Shown in pieces: positions 37,966 through 64,000 of a stretch of DNA of 64,000 nt. The position numbers were made by a program, and so were the translations under genes. The stretch is from the human T2T-CHM13v2.0 reference genome, Homo sapiens. The first letter of the stretch is position 1. Each line of letters opens with the position of its first letter. Below the pieces are notes generated by a model. The model made no database searches. It was given only the letters and a program-made list of their open reading frames with translations, and had not been told where the DNA came from. Location: the NCBI RefSeq assembly GCF_009914755.1, contig NC_060927.1. One strand, written 5' to 3'.

Positions 37966-38184
<219 letters not shown>

Positions 38185-38436
38185 TCATGAGATAAAGAAT
38201 AGGTTGGTGTCACCTCCTTTGAAAATGAAAAAAAAAAAAAAAGAACAGGTTGGTTGGTAAAAGAAAGGAAAGGTAAATAAAAAAGTGTTTTATTTCTTCA
38301 TCTTAAACATAACAGGAGTTAAATAACTAAAGTTACAGGAATGCACATTTGATGTTTAAGATTATGAACTAATACTAGTAAAACCAAAAAAGCTGGGAAT
38401 TCCAGGAAGAGAGGTGGTGAGAAAAATTCCCCATTC

Positions 38437-39064
<628 letters not shown>

Positions 39065-39399
39065 TAACATGATTGAACAGACAACATCTAAAAGGTGACA
39101 GATCAAGAAATAGAATTTTGGTAGAAGCCTCCTGAAGAACTAAAACCAAAACAGTTAAAACTGCTTACTTCTGGGGGGTGGGCCTAAATAGGGGGAAGGG
39201 GGGATTAGGGTAACAGACTTAACTCTTCATTTAATACTTTGTGCACTATCTCATCCCTGTAACCCCCCCATCAACATGTCTATATTTTACTATCGAAATA
39301 TAAAAAAGTAAAACACAGACATCTTCGACAGTGACTGGGAAAAGTTATAATTCAGTTTCTTGACACAAGATTTAAATAATTTTTTCTGTGAGTAAATAA

Positions 39400-40560
39400 T
39401 CAAAAGGTTTCATTTAAAACCATTAAATCTGGACATTGTTTCCAAGCTAAAGTCTACAGCCTATGTGAAGAAGTGATTAATAATAGTTTGGCAATTAGAT
39501 TTTCAAAATCTCAAAAAGATAGGTATGTTTCCATGATGTGAAATGCTAAAAGGCGAACAGCTCAAAAGGATCCTTTTAGTGCAAAGAAGAATTATCTCAA
39601 TGAAGAGAAAAAGATAAATATCAAAACACTAAAGTACTGGAGCAGGCAGATTTCTTTTAAGTTCAGACTGAACCAATTATGTACAAAAATTGGAGGAAAA
39701 GCCACATAGCCATATATCAGAAGAGCAAATAGCTATTATAATACTCACAAAAAGGTTAGAGCCTATAGTGAATAGAAGTGTCCCTGAAATGCTAAGGATG
39801 ATAAAAGTTCTGAATAAGACTCACTTTTTGGAACCAATGAAGTATTGTTAAAGGATTACCAGGAAAAACCAGAATTCAACATATTTCATGCCCTTTATTT
39901 CCTGCTAAAGAGAAAACTATATAAAAAGGGTAGGATAAACACTTATAAAATGGAACTGACATCCAGGTTTAGTGAAGAGATAATGAAAGCATCAAGTTGT
40001 TCCGAATTGAATTAGTTTCCTAGGCCAGATGAATCGTGTCTTAAGAAAATTTGTGGAGATTATGGAAACTTTGTGCTCTTTAAGAAATGGTGAAGAATAG
40101 GAAAGGTGCTAGAGGACAGAGAAAGATAATCATAGTTCTGATTTTCCAAAAGGAAAGAAGGTTATATGGAAAATTAACCCCTCCTCCACAAATGCCTGGG
40201 ATCCACCCTAAATATTTTTCATTTAGGTTGAGTGGGACCCAGGAACATGTAATTTGGAATAAAGTTCCAGGTGACTGATGGAAAATCAGGATGAGGAATA
40301 ACTTTTCTGAACAATACCATCGGTGAGCTTGATGCTGAGCCTAAGATTACAGAATACATTATTAAATTAAATGTAATGCCTGCGAATATTTGGAAAGTAA
40401 ATGGTCACTGGAAGCAAGCAGAAGTTTGCTAACAGATCATGACATTTTCTTTTAGAAAGGTTCAACATGCAAATATCACAGTCTATTTGGGTATCAATAA
40501 TTAGTTTGACAAGTTCTTTCATGATTTCTTTTTGGATTAAGTAGAGAAAAATGAGCTGAA
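39400..40560 (+). mobile_element. L3/CR1-like remnant with a MER5-like fragment near 40200-40300
   Basis: atagttctgattttccaaaaggaaagaagg and gtttgacaagttctttcatga resemble CR1 RT motifs. Confidence 0.45.
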
Positions 40561-41611
40561 ACAGGTAGGCATATTTATGCTGCTGTCTTGGCAAGGGCTT
40601 GTCTTCCTTCCCATGCTCATCTAGTAAGCTCCTATTTATCCATGCAACTCTGTTTACACATTAGCTTTAGGAAGTCTTCTCTTGCTCCTCTCACTTAAGT
40701 CTCTCTCTATATTTGGTGTTAGGTTAGTAATTTATGCATCTATCACTACAATAATCATGCTGAAGCTTTGTGGTCTAGTGAAAAGAGCTAAGCTTTGAAG
40801 TTAGACAAGCCTAAAATAAAATCCCAGTTTCTGTTATTTTAATAGTTGTGTGTGACCTTGAAAGGTTTACCTCTCGAGCCTTAGTTTCCTTATATGTAAA
40901 TGATGATACTATTTCTTACATCACAGGGGGATTAGAAAGATCAATGATAATGTGAAAGTCTTAGAACAGTGTCTCAAATATAAATGGCATGAACACATGG
41001 CAGTCATTCATTATCAGTATGCTACATTATATTATGTTTAGATGTTAGTTAACTCTTAATCTGTAAGCTCCTTAGTGCAGAAATCATGTCTTACTTAAAC
41101 CTCTGGCTACCAGCACATTACTCAACACATTGCAGTTGTTCAGCATAATATGATAAATCAGCTACTATGCCATAATTGGAATTGGACTACACCCAAACAT
41201 GAAGACACAAGTAGATCAAATGACACATACAATATTCTAAATAAAAGAGAACATTCTCTCTGACACAAGAACAAGGCAAATACAGGAAAACTGAGTATTC
41301 CCTCCCATCTGTGCCTGTCAGGCCACATCAAGAAGGTCTCTGAGCCCTGCTTTTTCAGAGAGTCAGGAACAAAATGGAGCTTATGAAAGTAGCTAGAAAG
41401 TATGTTCTTTCATATAAATGCTGGAACTCCTACTCAATGGAACTGATATAATAGTACAGACTGATAAAAAGCTTATATAAGAGAAACTTTATCATAAAAT
41501 CATCCACATTACATAGGTGAAAAGCTGTCAATTTTAGCTTCTGTCATCATCCTTTCAATTGCTAATTTCTCTGCCAGTTAGAGGAAGGAGAAAAATAAGA
41601 ATATTTAACTA

Positions 41612-41776
<165 letters not shown>

Positions 41777-42021
41777 TTATGAATTCTGGTACTTTATCCA
41801 CGTAAAACAATGCAGATAATCTGTATAATTGAAAATTAGCTTAATATTATAACTTCACAAATAGTACAATTCAGTTTTAGATGGGACAAAAACTGTTACA
41901 TTAATTATTTTAGGGTGCTGTATTTAGTTACTCATTTATCAAACATTTAATAGGTACTAAGGTTTCTGTCTTCTTAGGAGATTATCATAGTAAAGACTGA
42001 ATAAGATAAGCAAACCATGTA

Positions 42022-42173
42022 TAGTCTACCCTCCCTATCTGTGGATGCAGAACCCACAGATAGGGAGGGCTGATTATACTCTACCATTTTATTTAAGAGA
42101 TTTGGGCATCCATGGATTTTGGTATGAGTGGGAGTCCTGGAATCAATCCCCCACAATACTGAGAGACAGCTGT
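42022..42173. mobile_element. MER2-like Tigger MITE fragment
   Basis: ttgggcatccatggattttggtat...gtcctggaatcaatcccccacaatactgagagacagctgta terminal region. Confidence 0.75.
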
Positions 42174-43669
42174 ATAAAGATTGGTTTTCTGATACTTGTG
42201 TCATAACAATACTGTGAAATTATCTGATTACCTTTAAAACGCTGTCTTTTCTTATTTCAATATTCCTTATGTGTTAATACATTCTCACTGAGAGAACACT
42301 TCTGAAAAATTTTAAGACACAAGGAAAAAGTTTTCTTTTAGAAAAATATTTAGGGAAGAAATTGAAATATGGATGAGTTAAATTTTCAGTGCTCATCCTA
42401 AACATGGTTACATTATCAACTGAGAAACAAAATATTTTGCATACCATGTTATGCACATATAAAAAATTTTTAAAGCCCTATCAAATACTTTCAAAACAAG
42501 TGTGTTTCTTCCTCAAATTTGTAAGTTCCAGACCCCACTGGGGTTTCTATTTCTAATCCTAGAAAAAACATGCCAACAAGACTCCAGATGATAACATTTG
42601 TTTCAGGCTCTGTACTGACCCTCCCGTGTCCTGGCCTGTCCTTATTTGGAATCAACCTTCTTTCTTCTCTCCCTTATATGTATAGATTCGCAAAAAGAAC
42701 TTGCTGTCAGTCTCTTTCCTTTCTACTAATTAGTCTTATTGTGAAGCATCAGTGGTTTGAGAAGAACACATTTTTTTGCTTAAGACAAGTAGCAGGTAAA
42801 TTTGTCTCCTGAGATGAATATAGACTCTAAATAAACATACTCTTTCACAGACTAGTATTTTCCAAAATGTTGTGAAAGAACAGCCGAACAGCATCAAATA
42901 GACTTGTGGATCAAATATACTTCTTATATTATTTTAGAGAGCTTAAATAATCTATTTCACAAATAATGTATTCTAAGTGAACTTATTTACAACTAATCAT
43001 TAACAATTCAGTCTAATATTGCTAAGTTATCATTCTGCAGGCATAGCACAATTTTCACTAGTGAGGTTTGATAACAGTTTTTCAGCATTTAATATCAAAC
43101 AGTTAGGTTTTGTTCATTTAAGTAATACATAATGACCACTTAGGAACAGAAAGGAACCTGGATACTTTCTTTTAGAAAAATTATGAACCTGGACATAGCC
43201 AATTAGAAACATCTATCCTACATACACATTTGTACATGTGGCAAATGACAAATGTACACTACTATTCATTACACCATAGTTTGTAATAGTTGAAGATTGG
43301 AAACTAGCCATATGTCAATCTGTGTGAGATGGATAATATGAATTATGCTATATCTACATAAAGAAATGCTGTGTAGCTGTTAGAGAAAGACAGAGCTCTC
43401 TATATAACGACAGGAAAAGATCTGAGGTACAGTATTAAAGGAGGGAGACTTCACTATGTACATTTTTATTCTTGTTGGTTTCTGAACTATATGAATGTAT
43501 TACTATTAACTTTTTTTTAATTTATGTTTTTTCTGTTTTGTAGAGACAAGGTCTCGCCATATTGCCTAGGCTGCTCTCGAACTTCTGGGTTTGGAGCAAT
43601 CCTCCTGCCTCAGTCTCCTAAAGTGCTAGGATTACTGGTGTCAGCCACTGCACCTGGCCAACTTTTTTA

Positions 43670-43969
<300 letters not shown>

Positions 43970-44717
43970 TTATCAGCAAAATATTACACAAATATAACTA
44001 CAAGTCAACATTAATGAAAATGTATGAAATTAAAACATAGTTTAATAGCAGTACCATAATATAAATTTTCAGTATTTAAATTCCAAATATTGTTATAATT
44101 TCCAAATTTAATAAAATTATTTTTTCTCACTAAACAAGTGTCATATTTAAGACTTTTCCCAAATATAACCTATTTCTTTTACTTTGCTGTATCAACTCAA
44201 AAATAGCTCATTAAGATAGTTTGACTTGAACTTTTAAAAAATGAGTTTAAGCAAGGTGTTGATTACAGGTCAAAGAACAAAATGAGTTTAACCCAACTTT
44301 GCAAATACAAAATTGATAGATTATAACAAAGATTAGAAATCAATTGTATACTGCTTAATCAAATTAGCATAAAATTTGAAACTCTAATTCAACATAGTAT
44401 AATGAATATTTCTAAAAATTCTAATGTTAAAAAATGTCAGTGTACTACTGCACAGTGATGTTTCCGTCAATAATGAACTGCATATACATGATGGTGGATC
44501 CCATAAGCTTGTAATGGAGCTGAAAAATTCCTATCACCTAGTGATGTAGTAACATAACCCTGTGGTGCAACACATTACTCACGAGTTTGTTGTGATGTTG
44601 TTTGTGGTGATGCTGGTGTATTATGCTGCCAGTCGTATAACAGTATAGCATATCTAACTTGTGTATAGAACCTAATGCTTGAGGATAATGAATGACTATG
44701 TTACTGGCGTATGTATT

Positions 44718-44757
44718 TACTATACTATACTATACTATACTATACTATACTATACTA
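44718..44757 (+). repeat. (TACTA)8 pentanucleotide microsatellite
   Basis: Read directly; lies inside the Tigger3 element. Confidence 0.95.
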
Positions 44758-45001
44758 ATTTCTATTCTATACTTTTAATCATGATTTTAGAGTGTACTCC
44801 TACTTATGAAAAAAATTAACTGTGAAACATCCTCAGGCAGGTCCTTCAGGAGGTACTCCAGAAGAATGCATTATTATCATAGGATACGACAGCTCCATGC
44901 AAAATACTGCCACTGAAGACGTTCCAATGAGACATGTGGGAGGTGGAAGACACTGATACTGATAATTCTGACACTTTGTAGGCCTAGGCTAATGTATGTG
45001 T

Positions 45002-49333
<4,332 letters not shown>

Positions 49334-50348
49334 TTATTACAAAAGAGTTTAAAAGTTAAAAAAATTAAAAAGTTTACAAAGAAAAAGAATTATAGTATGA
49401 TAAGGTTAATTTATTATTGAAGAAAGAAAAACATTTTAATTAATTTAGTATAGTCTAAGTGTATGGTACATATAGAGTCTACAGTGATGTATAGTAATGT
49501 CTTAGGCCTTCCTATTCACTCACCAATCACTCATTCACTCACTCAGAGCTACTTCCATTCTTATGGTAAGTATACCATTTTTAAATCTTTTATACTGTAT
49601 TTTAGATATGTTTAGATATATAAATACCAGTTGTATTATAATTATCTATACTACTCAGTATAGTATTATACAGTACAGGATCATAGCCTAAGAGGAATAG
49701 GCCATACCATAGAGCATAGGCATGTGGTAGGCAATACCATTTGTTTGTGTAAATATACTCTTATGATGGTCATACAATGATGAAATTGCCTAACAACACA
49801 TTTCTCACAATGTATCCTTGTTGTTAAGTGGTGCATGACTGTATTAGAAAACCATTCATATAAAAACCAGTATCTAATAAAGCCTCCAAACAAATTTAAT
49901 TATATAGAGACTTTGAATACATTTGTACACATTATAGGTATGCTGCCAAATTTGCCCTATTTAATGGATTGAGTGAAATAAATGGGTCTGATCAGTTTAT
50001 TACAATAGAAAGATTTTGTTGTGGGATAATTGAGGGCTCTGAAACTTCCAAACAATCCACTAACACTGCCCCCTCCAAAGTTGACTTCTATGGGAAAACA
50101 TAATTTTGGCATTTAGTTTGGGATAACTGTATATCTGGTTGTCCAACTGCAGCAAGAGTCTTGGCAGTTTATGCCCTGACAGCACAACCATGAAATATAC
50201 TCAGGTATTTAGAAAGAGCCATTTGAAAAAAAGGCAGCATACAGAGAATCCACAGGGAATACTTTTTAACCAGCAGGCCATAGTTTTGGACATCACCAAG
50301 CAGGTCTGATGCAGAAACACTGGATTTGGGGTTTAAATGGCAGAGCTG

Positions 50349-50632
50349 GGCCAGGTGCAGTGGCTCACACCTGTAATCCCAGTACTTTGGGAGGCTGAGG
50401 CAGGCAGATCATGAGGTCAGGAGTTTGAGACCAGCCTGGCCAACACAGTGAAACCCATATCTACTAAAAATACAAAAAAATTAGCCAGGCGTAGTGGTGG
50501 GCACCTGTAATCCCAGATACTTGGGAGGCTGAGACAGGGAATTGCTTGAACTCAGGAGGTGGAGGTTGCAGTGAGCCGAGATCACGCCACTGCACACCAG
50601 CCCGGGCAACAGTGGGAGACTCCGTCTCAAAA

Positions 50633-50673
<41 letters not shown>

Positions 50674-50760
50674 AACAAAATAAAATAAAATAAAATAAAA
50701 TAAAATAAAATAAAATAAAATAAAATAAAATAAAATAAAATAAAACAAAATAAAATAAAT
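50349..50760 (+). mobile_element. AluS with expanded microsatellite tail
   Basis: TSD aaatggcagagctgg on both sides. Confidence 0.94.
50629..50760 (+). repeat. Compound microsatellite (TAAA)~9-10 plus (TAAAA)13 with CAAAA interruptions
   Basis: Read directly from the sequence. Confidence 0.97.
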
Positions 50761-51432
50761 GGCAGAGCTGGGTATTTCTCCATAAGTAGTGTTCTGAAGA
50801 TTTAAAGAATAAGGTTTAGGGAAGACCATCTCTGTTTCCATTTTAAGTTAAATGCTGATAACTCAATAAAGATACTTGTCACTATTTGTAAGAGACAGCA
50901 AAGGATAAGTAATACTGTACTCTTTCACCAAACGACTCTAGCCCAATATCAAAATAAGAAATAGTATGGAAAATATACATTTTGTTTTACACAAATGTAC
51001 TCCCCAATACAACAGTCTATTTTAAAAAATAGTTTACAAAATCATATCATGGAAACAGTACTTCCCTGGCCCACCCTGACCCCCACCCTGACCCTCTTTG
51101 GGCTGTGCCCCTCTACAAGAGATGAGGAATCTATCAGACCAATGGGATATGCCCACCTGCTTACCAAACCCCACTTCTACACCATTGTCCAAGTATAGGG
51201 ACTCAGAAACTCCTTGCCCTACAGTCCTGATCCTGTTGTCTGAGCCTGCAAAGGCCTCTTCTCTAGGCATACTGCATACCCAATGTACATATTACTAGGC
51301 CCCTGGGTGGTGAATGGGCAGCTGTTTGGGCGGGTGGTATTGACAAGAGTTTCAAGATGTGGGGCTAAAGTGTTGGCATGCATGTGTGAGAAACTTAACT
51401 GGTGTGGGAAGGAGCTGAAGGTAAGATGATAA

Positions 51433-51771
<339 letters not shown>

Positions 51772-51812
51772 ATTCTGGTGTCAATTCTTAGGAGTCAAAA
51801 AGTCTACATTTC

Positions 51813-52115
<303 letters not shown>

Positions 52116-52350
52116 ACATTTCAACCTGCCCTTCCAGCTGATGACAGTATACTTGTGAAAGTAAAAGGAAAGAATGTATATTATATAATAAGTTTGTTAG
52201 CTTGCTTTATAACATAAATTCACACATCTACAGTCTTGTTCCAGGTCCAGTAAATGTTAGGAATGAACATGTGTACAAAAACTGCCATAAAAAATTGTAT
52301 CTTCTTAATGTTCATTAATGTATTTGAGTTGATTTTATTGAGAGCTCTTA

Positions 52351-52566
<216 letters not shown>

Positions 52567-53119
52567 TCATATAACCAAATTTAATGTTGGGAACCATTTA
52601 ATGTAGTCATTTCTTAGTTATCTGTCCTAATAGAAGGGGTAGTGACACTGACACTCTAAAACAGTTATAGTTAGCTATGGAATACTCAGTATGATTGTTT
52701 TCAACAGATTTCCTTTATAAATATGGTTTATTTAGGTTGATTAAAATTGCTAGTCATTCCTGTGACACACATTACTGCTAGTAAAGTGAGGCAGCAGAGC
52801 AGCACACTGAAAAAACTCAATTAGGCAACAAATGTGTACTGAATTTATCTTATATCTCAGCACTCTGCAAAATGTCAGGGGAAGAAAGATAAATTTAAGA
52901 CAGTGCCATGCCCTCAAATAGTTAACATTCTAGCAGACAGGCCAATTACGGAGATGAAGTGTTCAGTTATTGTATTAACTCTTAACTGCAGCAAAGTTGG
53001 AGAAATCTTCATAGGAGGATGGGCTTTAATCTAAGGTTGGATGGGTAAATAGATTTAATTAGATGGCCAGATAAGATTCCATAAGGAACATTTGAAAAGT
53101 CCAAAAGGAAATTTCAAGT

Positions 53120-57459
<4,340 letters not shown>

Positions 57460-58379
57460 TAAAGACCTTCTTTAGCAATAAAGTTTGGCCTAGATTTGGA
57501 TGCAAACTAAATATTATTTGAGTGCTCAAGAAAGTTAATTTAATTGTAACTATATTCCACTGAGAGAATTATACATACTGACAGATTTGGGTAAATAAGC
57601 ACAGATATTGTATACTTAACAAAGTTAGTTAATCTCTTATAGTAAATCCTTTGAACAGTTGGGAAGATAATTTAGGTTCCTGAAAATTTCAGAACTCAGT
57701 GCTTTTATTCATCCACTTCATGATGTTGGCCTGTTACTATACTTCATTTCATTTAAGTAGTGGGAATTATGATTCCCAAGACTGTGATTTTGCTCAAGTT
57801 GAGGAAGGCTGCCATTACTGGGTCATGTGATAGTAAGTATCTATACATTTTCAGGGTGTTACATCAAGATTTTGAAATTAGTTCAGGATTTGCCAATTTA
57901 AGACTCCAATAGTAAGAAAACAAAGAAGTCTCATAGAGTTAGCTTTACTCTTAATGCCCCTTAAAGAACAATAGATAATATTCAAGAGAAAAAGAAAAAG
58001 AAATATAAAAAGATTTGGAATAGGGCAAATTATAAGAGCTTGCTCTAAATAGGTGAAAATTAGCACACTTACTATGAATTCTTTTAAAATATATCACTGA
58101 CTGCTTTTTAATTTGAAAAAAGTTACATTCCTCATATTATGGATACTGTCACTTCTCATCTGCTATAATAGCTGTAATTCATTATGAAAAAAAGTAAATA
58201 TGCTTAACTTACTTCATTTTATCTGGGCCAGAATACAATAATAATAAAAGTTAACATTTATCCACACTTACTACTTGCCAGGCACTAATCTAAATTTTTC
58301 ACAGATTAACAACTGATCCTTACAACTGTGATAGGTATTGGTATTATCACCCCCACTTTATGTATAAAGAAACAGGCAC

Positions 58380-61125
<2,746 letters not shown>

Positions 61126-61839
61126 TTAAGATGGTGAATTTATCATATAAGCTATATTAGAAAGAAGCTTTCCTAAAGGCACAAAGGCTCAAATTTGACA
61201 TCTTAGGAAGAAAAAAGATCTTTAAATGTAGACTGACCCATAACAGCAAACTGTATGATTACAGTCAGTGAGGAAAGGTAAGGGAGTTTAATACCTATAC
61301 ACACAAAAACAGAAGTATATAGATTTTAAATGTGTGATTCCTTTTAATTTTCTTCCACAATAGTAGCAAGCACTACAGGCACACACCACTACACCTAGCT
61401 AATTTTTTTTTTGGTATTTTTTTGTAGAGACCAGGTACCACCATGTTGCCCAGGCTTTGTTCCAAAATTTTACATGGCTAGCGGAGGACCAAATTTAGTT
61501 GCGTTTTCATCCATAACTATGAAATACGGTTAACATAATCACAGTCAGAAAATGAAGCCATGGAAAAACTAATTAGTAAACACATAAAACTTTAGCTCAA
61601 CATTATCTGACAAATATAGATTTTTGGAATGGGCAGAAATAAACAGTAAAGTAGCAAAACAAGGACCTAGACCAGATAAAAATTCTCAGAATACAAAAAT
61701 AAAGCCTGCTAAAAATTTAGTGATCAATTTTCATGATGAAAAGGCAGCACAAAACTAAACTGCTTACCCAGAATAGGCAAATACGTTTTTCTAACTGACA
61801 AAGTTTGGTACACAAGGCAAAGAAGTTAACTTATTAGGC

Positions 61840-62056
61840 CACTGGTTGGCAAACTTTTTGTGTTAAGGATCAGATAGTAAATATTTTAGGCTTTGCAGTC
61901 CATATGGTCTGGATCCAACTACTTAACTGTCAGTGTAGCATGAAATAGTCCTAGATAGTACTTAAATGAATGAGCATGGTTGTGTTCCAATAAAACATCA
62001 TTTACAAAAACACATCAGGTCAGATTTGGCCCATGGTCTGAAGTCTGCTGAGCCTG
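61840..62056 (+). mobile_element. MER58A-like hAT MITE
   Basis: ggttggcaaactttt...cagatagtaaatattttaggctttgc...gtgttccaataaaac...cagatttggcccatgg. Confidence 0.8.
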
Positions 62057-62837
62057 TTCTGAGCTATAAAGATCTTTGGAGACAAACTGTATTATGTTTT
62101 TTTGTACCTACCACAGTGACTAATATATAACAAGGCTCATTAAATTACTTTTCACCTGAAGTAAGTCATTATCCATACTATATATAAAACAGAACTAAAT
62201 TCATTCACTTGGAACAAGTGACAAAAAGAACAAGACACAAAAGGCCCCACCATTGTAGAAGGGTAAACACTATGCTGTATTTCTGAGATTGTTTTCTTCT
62301 AAGAGTAATTGCTACTGGCAACTTTCTTCAGAGGGATAGGGGGAGAGTGTGCAACTTTTGTGAATATATAATAAAACGACTATTTGATATTTAAACCCCA
62401 AATGTAATACCTAGTTTTCAGTGTTGTTGCTGCTCTTGGCGATCTGAATCCCCACCTGCTGACTCCTGCCATTGCCTCAAAGGCTAATCCACTTATGATC
62501 CAGGAACCCTTAAGCTGCCTACTGTAGTTCCAAAACATCTTCTGATTTCTTTCCTGTAGTATACAAAGATGAAGGAAGCTAAAGAAGGAGTCAGAGGAAC
62601 AGGGGAAAAGCAGTGACTGTTAGGACCAAAGTGAGAGACTTGAATTCCCAAATTATCCCAAAAATTCAGATGGAGGACTAAATCTATCACGCTGTATCCC
62701 AAACCTACACTACCCATTAAGTATGTTTATGTATGCCCATGGCCTCAGGCAATAGTTCAATAGTTCATTTTGGTTTGAGCAGGGGAGAAGACTACAAAAA
62801 CAAAGATTAGGACTGCGACTTAGTGCCAACAAAATAA

Positions 62838-63768
<931 letters not shown>

Positions 63769-64000
63769 CTAAATATTCTTAATATTGTTTTAGGCTTCTG
63801 ATAAGCTTAGTGAAAACATATTTTTACAATGTAATACTTGTTACTTAGAATTAATTATCTTGGTCCTGCCTTGTTACTTAGATCATGAAGTATTAAATGT
63901 CTTAAGAAGTTTGGATATTTGTAAACGAGGCAACTGTCTCTTAATAAGTAAAAACAGCATTCACTGGGGACAGGCTAGTGAGGCTGAGAAGGCCTTATGC

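Noticed and set aside
50464-50841. ORFs with (FYFIL)n hydrophobic repeats resembling membrane proteins
   Set aside because: Translation of the TTTTA microsatellite and the adjacent Alu

Overview
This is eukaryotic, Alu-dense primate DNA, almost certainly human chromosome 3q22.3; the locus is recognised from the encoded proteins, not from a search. Two genes converge tail-to-tail. On the + strand are the last five coding exons of PCCB (propionyl-CoA carboxylase beta; 1461-4684, ATTAAA at 4809). On the - strand are the last twelve exons of STAG1 (cohesin subunit SA1; 52458 down to the stop at 12915, with a ~2 kb 3'UTR ending near 10895). Every intron within the window was checked for GT-AG ends and reading-frame continuity; the STAG1 exons join into 499 codons plus stop ending ...DDSGFGMPMF. 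The rest is intronic or intergenic repeat: about 50 Alu/FLAM elements, a 3.9 kb 5'-truncated L1PA nested in a Tigger3 transposon, an ancient L1M, MaLR LTRs, MER2/MER47/MER58, MIR, L2 and L3 remnants. Most entries in the ORF track are Alu or L1 artefacts. I see no CRISPR array, rRNA, tRNA or new multi-gene system. The best unexplained signals are a TSD-flanked orphan retro-insert that looks like an L1 3' transduction (25625-26115), a stop-free 92-nt last intron of STAG1 giving an NMD-immune alternative C-terminus, possible PCCB extension into the STAG1 3'UTR, a TSD-less sense L1, closely spaced inverted Alus and a (TTTTA)n Alu-tail repeat. Repeat subfamily names and exon numbers come from memory of consensus sequences and annotation, and repeat boundaries are approximate.
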